Shown piece by piece: positions 48,733 through 58,239 of a DNA stretch of 58,239 nucleotides; the first letter of the stretch is position 1; the number at the start of each line of letters is the position of its first letter. A program made the translations under genes and the position numbers. Source of the stretch: Trichonephila clavata (lineage: Eukaryota); NCBI GenBank assembly GCA_019973975.1, contig BMAO01019611.1, positions 76,564 through 134,802 on the forward strand, given 5' to 3'. Below the pieces are notes generated by a model. That model was not told the DNA's origin. It did no database searches and worked only from the letters and a program-made list of their open reading frames with translations.

Positions 48733-49745
48733 TTTACCAATTTTCACTGAAGATTTTCCACAGATAAGTCTAGTTAAAATCCACAATAAAGAAATGGATC
48801 TTGCAGTCTTGAACAGAATAGGAGTTTTTATTCAATCCTTCTATAAAAAACAGAAAGTATTTTTCAGTAAAATGTTGAAAGTTGTAATCAAAATATTATT
48901 CTACATTTCAATTAATGAAAGAAAAAAATTAGCTGGGTATCAGATTTTTAAAGAATTCGGTAAGAGAATTCCCCCCCCCCCTATATTTGAAGAAATTGGT
49001 TGGCTTTCAGACAAGACTTTTACTTAAATGATTAAAATCAAAAAAATATATATGAAATATTAGTTACTAAAAATATATTCAAGTAATACTTTAGTACTAG
49101 GATCAGATTAACCTAAGCAATGACAGGAAACTAAAGGAATATCATGATAAAATAAGAATACCCTTTTTGAGAATTCAAAGAGGACATGCATTGTGTAATT
49201 GTGCAAAAAAACCATAAAAAATTATAAAATAAACATTGCAATGCCTATATTTTAACTGCTTGATAATTGGTGTCAATTACAGTTAAGATTATAATTAACA
49301 AGAAAGCTATTTGTGTAATAGACAACACAATTTTTAACAATATATCACAATATTATGGGAGAAAATCTTTGAAACTGCAAAAAAATTTTCAGCAAAGGGA
49401 TTTTTAAATTTTTCTAGAAGTATTCTAGGAAAGTTTCTTTTCTAGTAGTATCTTTTTAAATTTAGAAAAAAGAAATTTTTTTCTTTTTTTATAAATTTAA
49501 AAAGATACTCTCCACAATACTTTGATATACACTTCTTTTTATACAAAGAAAATTTTACACAAGAATTAGACTGTTCTGCAGGCAAGGTAACACAAAAGAA
49601 ATATACTGATATTTTATAACTGAACAAACTTAACAATAACCTTATTAAAGCAATGAATAGGCTGTAGTAGAGGTCTTTGACACAATTGCATGAAAGTCAT
49701 TGTTAATGCTGCTACGCTTCCTGGATCCTGTATTAACTAAAAACC

Positions 49746-50060
49746 TGCCATGTAGAAGAGACAATGCATGAAGATTCCATCAAAGCAAAAAAACTTCCAA
49801 GTTCTGAGAATTGGGTGAGAGTTCAGATGTCGTCCTTTTTACCTACTGTGGTTCAAAATTACAAGGTCTATTTAAAATAGTTCTTGTCTGGATTCAAAGT
49901 GTGATGTACATAAGCAATTGAGAAAATCCAGGAAATGAAGTATGTTATTGGATCATTTTAGTCTTATTTGGGATAAAATGGTAGTTTTGGTGAAAAAAAA
50001 CTGAAATTATCACTAACACTTTTTTAAGCTCAACTTTTATAGCATTGATTATTCTGGCTA
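49746..50060. repeat. Second copy of the ~310-bp dispersed repeat
   Basis: See 45722-46035. Confidence 0.75.
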
Positions 50061-50959
50061 AGCAATGAAGTAAATGGTCAAGGACCTTGTAACTATAACT
50101 AAGCTGAAATGATAAATACAATTCTTCACCAGTACATTAAAAGTAAAATTCCTTTAATAAACAATATACCTTTTTCTGGAATAAGAAATCAATATAAAAA
50201 TATTTGGCTAAGAATTTAATTATCCACAGCATGCAAAATTTTGAAAGCTACAAATTAATTAATTTTTTAGAAGAACTTGGATTTTAAACTAAACTGGTTT
50301 TGTAATGATAAATAAAAGTTTTTTGCAGCAGAAAAATTATTAACATATTATTCAAAATATAAGTTAAAGATATGTAAGGATGTACAGAAGTGAATTGTTA
50401 CTCGCACAGTGCAGTTCTTCTCAAATCAGTGAAATAATCTGCTGGAATGTACCTATTGAAATCCGAAAGAAGGACGTAATGTCAAGATTAATGTAATGGC
50501 CTTTTAATTGTAAAATAATTGCACTAAATCATATTTTTAAGTAATTATAAGCATCTTTTATGATTTATTTAGGATTTGAGATTTGAAAGCTTTTGTGATT
50601 CTATGGCAGGTAACAGAAAAGGGATCAATATATTATTGAAAGAAAAATCATCATAAATCTTCAGAAAATGGGGAAATTTTTAAAGAAATTGCTGGAACTG
50701 TTATCAGCAGACATTCATTGTTTCCCAAAGTGTTCATAAGCTACAAATCAACTAAAATTTTACCATCCAAGCTCCGATCCAGCCGCCCATCATCAGTGTC
50801 GGAACTGGTATAGTATATGCCCGGATCTTATGAAAAAGGATTTTTTTTACTATTAAATATGGAGAAGGAGGTATGATATTGTAGGTGCATAGGAAGCCTT
50901 TAAATTGGTAATCGGAAATTTATAGAATCCACAATATACAAAATTGAACTTATTGAAGT

Positions 50960-51310
50960 AAAATATCGGTGCAAATGAAGAGAAACTTGCGATGAGGGAT
51001 GATTTTTACTTTCAGCAGGACAAAAGTACCAAGCAAATGGCTTACATTGTGAAGCCATGGCTGCTCTATAATGTTCCAAACCTTTAAGCCATCCCAGACC
51101 AAAGCACAATACAACATTTGTGGGAATTACTCGATGAATAATCCCCCCCCAGGGAGAACATAATAACATCCAAGGAAATGTTCAAATCTGTCATAGTAAA
51201 AGAATGGAACAAAATAACCACAGATGAGACAACTAAGCTAGTTGAATCCCCGCCAAATATATTGAGAGTTATTGCAAGAATAGCTTGAAAAGTATCAATT
51301 TTTAGTTCCA
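50960..51310 (+). mobile_element. Tc1 transposase C-terminal fragment
   Basis: …RDDFYFQQDKSTKQMAYIVKPWLLYNVPNL*AIPDQSTIQHLWELLDE… (FQQD…WP.QSPDLN.IE.LW pattern), with stops and frameshifts. Confidence 0.55.
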
Positions 51311-53699
51311 ATCCATTATCGTAGAGGTTTTTTTTCCCCTTTAGGACTTTTGACGCACACGATTTGTGTCGTTCTCAAGTTATAAATATTTGTATAATTT
51401 TATGTAATAATCAGGTAATTGTTGCTTCTTATACTATTTGAACTCAGATCGTTAGAGGAATCAATAAAAAATTGTATTGATTCAGAGACTTCATTTAATT
51501 AGCAATCTTTGCATGATTATGAAAGATGATCGTCTGTACACACTTTCGAAGGCAAGTTAATATCTTTAAACACAATTGTAACAAATGACGGGGAAAAAAA
51601 ACAAAATCTTATTCGACTAGAAATACCATAGGAAAGTGAATAAGTAGTGAGAAAGATGAAACTTGCGAATGAATATGATATATCCCGAAATTGCCAGACT
51701 TACCTAACAAAGAATAAAAGAAATCAGGAAAGAGCCACATACATTGCGCCAAACTGCCATTTAAAAGCCCATAGGGACAAGGAAATCCTAATGTTAAAAA
51801 TAACTGAAATCACCAGGAGGCGCTGACATCGAGACAGACAGGGAAAATTTCCCTTAGGGAAATTTAGGGGGAAATTTGAATTATATATTTGAGTAGTGCG
51901 TCCGTGTTTTATTGTATTTTGAAAAGTAAGATTTTCTTTGGCTTGCTGTAAATAATTTTTTTACTAGCCCATTATTTAACGATTTGGCATAAGTTCGATA
52001 TAAGGAATTTTTTTTTGGCGCCTCGTTCGGGCGATTATGCGCTCGAACCCTCCCTATATGTAAGGGTTATGTTCCCTATATGTAAGGTTACTTCAAATAA
52101 GTCTGATAGATAAAAGGAACAAACAAGGCCGGACGTGTAATGCGCGATTTCGTTGGCAGCACCTATTCCTATTTTTTACAGAGTTGGAATTGAAATTTCT
52201 CTGTTTTGGGGTTGCTATATTTAGCTCGTTATGAATTATTGGCTACTTTCAAAATAATTACAATAAAAAAGTGCAATGTATTGTATTTTTTAAATATGCT
52301 GTGTTGAGTGTGTGTGAATCTAATAACCTATTATAAATATTGTGCGTTTATTGTTTATAACTTTACTACTGAACAATTTCAATGTTTTTTCAATTTTTGT
52401 TTGAATTTTAAGATATAAATATGTTTTCATTGTTTATTTGTTGTATACAAGTTCACACATTAGAAATATGGTATGTTTATAAAATAAAAATTAAGATTAA
52501 ATTTTTAAAAATATTAAATGAAACTGGAAAAACAAATGTAGAACTGTAACTATATTGTAGATTTAAAATAGAAGAGTAAAATATTTTAGTTTTTTGATAT
52601 ATTTTTGATTATTTGCAATTTTTAGTGAATTTAAATAATCCTTATAACATTTGAATCAGGTTTAGCAATTTTTTTCTAAACAGACACTTGAGGATTATTG
52701 TTACAAAATCCTCTTAACTTTTGCAGCTGAAATTAAATCATATTTTCATTTAGAGCAATTCTTATATTATATATAGTATAATAAAATGAAAAAAAATAAG
52801 ACAAAATTATACTACCCACAAAGCTAAATGATAGAAAACAGATTCTAAGAAACATAACTAGAAAAATATTGATATATATATATATATATAATAATTATAT
52901 GTATGTATTAATGATAAAAGAAGAAAATTGTGTTTTATATTTATCTATATCATATTGACTGTTATAAAATGGTAGGAATTACATGCATTGCCTTTTAAAT
53001 ACTGTTTAGAATTAAAATTATTTTCAGCTTATGCTAAACAAAAATTGACTTCAATTCCATATAATATATTTATGTTTGTTTTCTTTCTGTTTCAATTTTT
53101 CATGTTTTTGACTTTCTGTGAGTGTTTTGTTTGATAGATGTTGGATAGTATTACATCCATTCCTCATGTAATTTAACCCTACAGTGAATTTAATTTAATA
53201 GTTTATTATAATATAGGCCTATTTTAGATTTTTTTAAAAAATTTTTAGTTTGTACCAGTTGAAGGCTTCCAAATATTTTATTTATGAAAGTATTTTTGTG
53301 AAATGGTTTATCATAATTAATTTTTTTTCTTATGATTTATATATTTCAAGTTATTTTACTCACAGTTCTTGTTATAAACTGAAGCGAAATAAAAGTGCCG
53401 CTAGGCGGCGTTGTTTTTGACGTCAGTCTGCGAGCTGACGAATAGATTCAGAACTGGTTGTGCTCTCAGGAGTGGATCGAGACAGCACTTTGCAACCTGA
53501 AATTTTAGCGCCATCTGTATTATAATATGGAGACTATCGCATTTTATTTACATTTTGGATAATTTTTACTTTTGATTTCTTGTTATTTTTTGCTTTATTT
53601 TATTAATTGTTTTATTATCTTTCTTGCTATTTTAATTAGTTAATTTGTTTTTTAATTTTCTGTATTCAACTTTTTTATACTTACTGTTTTCAAAAATGG

Positions 53700-55922
53700 A
53701 GACTGAAATGAATGTACATACCACAGACTTAATCTGCTCATTTTGTGATCTAGACTTCACTCGCTCTTTCTGTTTGAAAAGGCATTTGAAAAATGTTCAT
53801 GCTCACCAACAGGGTGATTTAAATGAAGGGATTTTGAAGGAATTCAATACTTTCAGTGGTTTATATTGTTGCATTGTAAAATTTAGTTTATAAATTTACA
53901 CTGTAATAGTATGAATTTTATACATTTACGTATTAATGTTTTCTATTAAAGTTCGCGTAATTTTATATTAATAAATGTAAACTTTCTTTTAATTAACATT
54001 ATAGAATTTGTTACATGGAAAGAAAAAGAAAACAAGACCATGTCAAAATATGTTAGACAACGAGGAAGTAAAACACTTAAAAATGGAGACATAGTGATGA
54101 ATTATCACTGTTGTCGAAGTGGGACATACAAACCAAAAGGAAAAGGTGTCAAGAGTTTAAAGTCACAAGGCTCTGTTAAAATTGGAATTAGTTGCCCAGC
54201 AATAATAAAAGTTAGACAGTACTGAAAATGTAGTAGTGCAATATTTTCCGAATCATAAGAATCAGTTAGAGCACTTAGGGTTATCAGAGTCTGATAGGGC
54301 AGCTGTTGCTGGTATAGTATTTTATTTATGTAGTTTTATTATTCTTAGTTTTATTATTAGTTACTATTGTTAGTTTTGTTTATTTATTTTTCAGGACGAT
54401 TAAAAGAAGGTGTTAGTGAAAAAAAATTCTGCAGGATATTAGAGAAGAAATTACTGTTGACAGTGGCAGAAAGATGCTTATTGAAAAAAAGGATATCCAT
54501 AATATTAAAAGGGACTTCAATATTAATGGTTATATTAAAAGGCATGAAGTTGATGCAGTGAGTGTCAAGCTATGGACACAAGAAATGAAAAATAATGGAG
54601 AAAATTGTATTGTTTTTTTCAAAGAGCAGAGACAATCAGAGAATGACTATGGATTGAAAGATGAAGATTTTGTCCTCATAATCATGACAGATTTTCAGAA
54701 AAAAAATGATTACAAAATATGGAAAGGACAAAATTTGTATAGATGGAACACATGGGCTAAACAGCTATGATTTTAATTTATACTCAGTTGTGGTAGTCGA
54801 TGAACATAAGAATGGAATACCTGTGGCATTTTGTTTTTCCAACAAAAGTTCTGAAGATGTATTCAGAATTTATTTTAGTGCTATTAAAAATGCTGTGGGT
54901 ATAATTGAAACTACAACATTTATGACTGATGATGCTCCAGCATTTTATAATGCTTGGAGTTATGTGATGGGCACAGTTAAAAATGTCTTATTGTGTGCTT
55001 GGCACGTTACAAGAAATTGGCACCAAAATTTAAATAAATTAAAAATCCTGAAAAGAGAAAAATTGTTAATAAAGCATTAAAGGCATGAAAGAGGAACTAT
55101 GTTTAGAAACATTTTCTAAACTTATGAAGCAATTCATACAAGAATTGTTAAATGACTCGGACACTTGTGAATTCGGAAAATATTTCCAACAGAATTATGC
55201 TAAGAGACCAGAAAAATGGGCCTATTGCTACAGGAAGGGTCTGGGCATAAATACAAACATGTATTTGGAGTCCCAATAAAAAAATTAAATATCATTATTT
55301 TGAGGGAAAGCATGTCAAGAGACTAGACATTGCAATCAATGGTCTTTTAAAACTGGTTAGAGACTTAATATTTCAATGCCTAATAAAAATTACAAAAAGA
55401 ACCATTTCCTCTGATAAACTATCAAAAATTGTCAATAGCCACAGATTAGGCCTAGAGATTCAAAGCAATAAAATTGAAAAATTAGCAGATAGCGAGTGGA
55501 AAATTGAATCCAATCATTCTAACTACCTAATATGCAAGAAAGAAGAAGAATGCCATAGATTATGTAATATAAAATGTACTGCCTGCAAAATTTGTATCCA
55601 TTCCTATACATGCTCTTGTGTAGACAATTTAATAAGAGGAAATATTTGCAAGCACATTCATAAAGTTGCCAAAATGTTTTTAAATGATACACATAATGAA
55701 GAAATACAAGAGATTTATGTAAATCAAAATGATATTTTAAAAGAAATATTCGATGTTTTACCATGTAGCTCCAAATCTGCTAATAATGATGGTCATGAAT
55801 CCAAAAAAAGAAAAATTGAAAGCATTCTTGCTCTTTTTGATGAATACGAGCTTACACTAGAAGAAAGTAAAATTCATAGGAACCTAGATAGTATATTTTT
55901 CATTTTTTGTTACTTAAAATGA
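53700..55922 (+). pseudogene. MULE (Mutator-like) transposase: N-terminal C2H2/FAR1-WRKY-like DNA-binding region, MULE catalytic domain and SWIM zinc finger. It is spread over 4 frames (≥3 frameshifts), and the sequence is otherwise well preserved.
   Basis: LICSFCDLDFTRSFCLKRHLKNVH. YHCCRSGTYKPKGKG…GSVKIGISCPAII. DGTHGLNSYDFNLYSVVVVDEHKNGIPVAFCFSNK…FMTDDAPAFYNAWSYVMG…LLCAWHVTRNW (MULE domain). WAYCYRKGLGINTNMYLES. SWIM: CTACKICIHSYTCSCVDNLIRGNICKHIHKV. Confidence 0.75.
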
Positions 55923-55949
55923 AGAAAAGAATCAAGGTAAAATGTCTTA

Positions 55950-56244
55950 CTTTGTCAATGGAGGGCTGCCACACATCGTTTCAAGTCAAAATCCATGAAT
56001 AAAAAGTCCTTTTGTGAATTTATATGTTTTTAATTTCTACAGCACACATAACAAAAATACTCGGGATATTACACGACACTAATTAATCTAAACAAATAAC
56101 ATTTATAAACATCTATATCAATTCTAGTTTCGACCGCGTAGTTTCAGTATGTTTCTTCTACGCGTCCATTTTTAATTCTGAGTCAATTCGTTCCTTTTAC
56201 AAAGGTGGCGCTGCTGTCGCTTTAAGAAGATGGGAGTTTGTGAC
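55950..56244 (-). repeat. Putative 3' LTR of the BEL/Pao element. The start is reasonably marked, but the end is not determined.
   Basis: On the minus strand a purine tract AAAGGTGGGAGAG (PPT-like, + coords ~56245-56257) is followed immediately by TGTCACAAACTCC… (LTR-like TGT start). The 5' LTR lies outside the window, so the length cannot be confirmed. Confidence 0.3.
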
Positions 56245-56430
56245 ACTCTCCCACCTTTGGATTCGAAGATGTAGAAGAATCCAAAACAGCAGTCACAAGA
56301 GTAAGAATAAATGTCCTGAAAAAAGACTAAAAAACACATTAAAATAACTATAAGAAATAAAATTAAAGTCCATAAAAGTTCAAATATGAGTCCAAAATTA
56401 GCATGATAAAAATCATGACTTCATGATAGT

Positions 56431-58239
56431 TTATGGATTATCAAGTCTCTTGGTTTGTTTCAAAAGTCTTCCATAACGAGAACGGAGCACTCCTTGCACC
56501 TCAGGGATTTGATCTTGATCGAGGCAAGAACCATTCTCTACATCTCTTTCTGTTGATGACAAAGAGTCAGCTGTAGTCACTTCTAGCGGATAGAGTTTCT
56601 GAATTGGTCTCATAACACTTCCAAATTGTGTTTTCACTTCCGCTACACGCACTCTTCCATCTTTTCCTTTACACATCCTTGTGACTTTACCTAGAGGCCA
56701 GTTGATTCTTTTGTTGTTGGTATCACCAATTAGAACGAGATCACCTTCTTTAATGAACGACTCTCTTTTAACTTTTGAATAATCTTTCAATATCCCTAGA
56801 TACTCATTTCTGAAGCGGTTTCGCAGATCTTGACGCAATTTCAGCCTATAAGCACACCTCTTGTTCAATCTTTTTCAATCTATCATGTCCAGATCTGGAA
56901 CACCAACCTCTCTAATTTCCTGGAGAAACATAGATGGTGTAAGTGCTGATAGTTCATCAGGATCCTCTGAGTGGTATGTTAAGGGGCGAGAATTAATTAA
57001 ACTCTCTGCGTCGCATAACACAGTGACCAATTCTCCTTCGTTCAAACAAGCTCTCCCCAGAACTTTTCTCAAAATACTCTTCAATAATCCTATCAGCCTC
57101 TCCCAGAAGCCACCCCACCAGGGTGCAGCAGGAGGACTAAATTTCCAGGAAATTCTTTTTTCTGATGCAAAATTTTCGATTTTTTTTCCCAATTAATATT
57201 CTTTAAAAAATTGGCTGTGCCCACAAGATTCTTTCCTTTGTCAGAATAAACAGTGGAAGGACGTCCTCTTCTAGCTATGAACCGCCGAAGAGCCAGTATA
57301 AAGCATTCGGTGGACAAAGGTGACACCAGCTCTAAATGCACAGTTCGGTAAACAGCACAGGTGGCAAGCACTATCCAGCACTTTTTGTCAGTTTTTAGGA
57401 ACAAAGGTCCACATAGGTCAATGCCAGTAACTTCAAAGACAGCAGAATCCCTGACTCTGTCTTCTGGAAGAGGAATGCTCACGGCTTCCAATGGACGGGC
57501 AGAAAATCTTCTACACTTGGCGCATTTTCTTATCACGCCTCCCACTGTCTTTCTACTCTTAATTATCCAAAAGGATTCTCTGAGGCATGACATCAGTGTC
57601 TGAGTACCTGCATGTTCTAACTCTATGTGTTTGCTCATTATCAATTTTTCGACCATTTGATGCTTGTGGGGCAACAGTACTGGAAATCTAAAAGTCTGTA
57701 AATCTTTCCTCGATGCAATTCTAGTTTCAACTCGTAGGAGATCATCGTTGTCTTTCACAATTCGCAAGTTCAACTTCTCTCCTCCTGAAAAAACTTCTCT
57801 CTGTATTTCCTTCAAAATTACTTTTTCCGATGCTTTAATTTCGTCTGTTTCCAATTTTCCCTTTTTCCTGTCAATAGGGTTTCTTTTCACATTCTTACAA
57901 AATCGGATGACATATGCCATTATTCTTACGATTTTGTTAAAAGAAGATATTTTCTGAAAAAATGTAAATCTACAAAGGTCTAAAGCAGTAGTTGTGAGTA
58001 CAGTTCTTCTTCTCTCGGAAATGACTATTTCCATATCGGGCTTTATTTCACTAGCTGGCCATTCTTCATGGGGTAGTTTTAACCAGTCGGGTCCCTCCCA
58101 CCAATGGGATTTCAATAAGTCTTTAGGATTGCACCCCCTTGAGGGCAAATCTGCTGGATTAAATTTCCCTTGAATATGTCGCCAAGCTTCTGGATCCGTC
58201 AATTTCCGTATTTCATTGACTCTGTTAGTTATAAACGCA
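56431..58239 (-). mobile_element. 3' part of a BEL/Pao-type LTR retrotransposon pol (RNase H end + integrase). It continues beyond the window edge, and the internal region ends at ~56431.
   Basis: Minus ORFs: 57093-58202 (…NPADLPSRG…[47 protein letters not shown]…GIDLCGPL…). 56875-57192 (…[20 protein letters not shown]…). 56431-56868 (IN C-terminus). The pol frame is interrupted between these ORFs. Confidence 0.75.

Noticed and set aside
51960-52130. piggyBac-like terminus (CCCTATATGTAAGGGTTATGTTCCCTATATGTAAGG direct repeat)
   Set aside because: There is no TTAA-flanked TIR pair or transposase nearby. It is probably just a local short duplication.
1-58239. Prokaryotic operon / defence system / phage island
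   Set aside because: Gene content is entirely eukaryotic retroelement, DNA-transposon and C2H2-ZNF. There are splice-signal-like introns, TATA/Inr promoters and a very low coding density, with no bacterial gene organisation.

Overview
The window is 58.2 kb of AT-rich eukaryotic DNA, most likely arthropod or another invertebrate metazoan. Supporting signs are short GTAAG…CAG intron-like signals, TATA+Inr promoters, and an animal-type transposon repertoire. It is not prokaryotic, so no operons, CRISPR arrays or defence islands were found. The sequence is dominated by a dense mosaic of mobile elements.

The mobile elements are as follows. (1) A young Ty3/gypsy LTR retrotransposon at 2975-7568 with 234-237 bp LTRs, gag, protease, RT/RNase H and integrase; pol is broken by a few frameshifts. 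(2) A ~6 kb non-autonomous hAT element at 11679-17650 with a perfect 8-bp target-site duplication (TCTGTGAT), TAG/CAG-AGGCGGATTAAGC termini and a decayed ZMYM1-like transposase remnant. It carries a nested 166-bp hAT MITE with its own perfect 8-bp duplication. (3) A second, related hAT transposase pseudogene at ~37743-39860 whose right terminus lies at ~40261. (4) A TE graveyard at 24335-32650. It holds a Tc1 remnant, a 3'-truncated Jockey/I-like LINE with ORF1, APE and RT on the minus strand, and a Tc1-like element with 33-bp TIRs that is interrupted by a TA-flanked pogo/Tigger-like deletion derivative. (5) Further Tc1 fragments at 35575-35810 and 50960-51310. (6) A nearly intact but frameshifted MULE (Mutator-like) transposase with a SWIM zinc finger at 53700-55922. 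(7) The 3' portion of a BEL/Pao LTR retrotransposon at 56431 to the window end (IN and RNase H on the minus strand, continuing past the window edge). (8) A tRNA-derived SINE-like sequence near 1663-1960.

The only host-gene-like coding content is a tandemly duplicated cluster of multi-finger C2H2 zinc-finger genes on the minus strand, with unusual HTKEKPY linkers. The exons lie at 40709-41367, 42891-43715 and 47300-48732, in ~2.3 kb repeat units. Only the middle copy is intact.

The window also contains a near-perfect ~135-150 bp-arm inverted repeat (19820-20210), a ~49-bp minisatellite (22080-22620) and a compound (ATGT/ACGT/ATAC)n microsatellite (20783-20975). Several degenerate tandem-repeat blocks are present too.

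The ORF track treats GTG and TTG as 'M' starts, so listed ORF starts are not reliable ATGs. All protein-family calls rest on motifs read by eye (YLDDIL, DSG, HHCC/DDE, GPF, FQQDNAPCHT, SPDLNPIE, HTKEKPY-CxxC, SWIM CxC…Cx[10 protein letters not shown]). They should be confirmed by BLASTX, HMMER or RepeatMasker.
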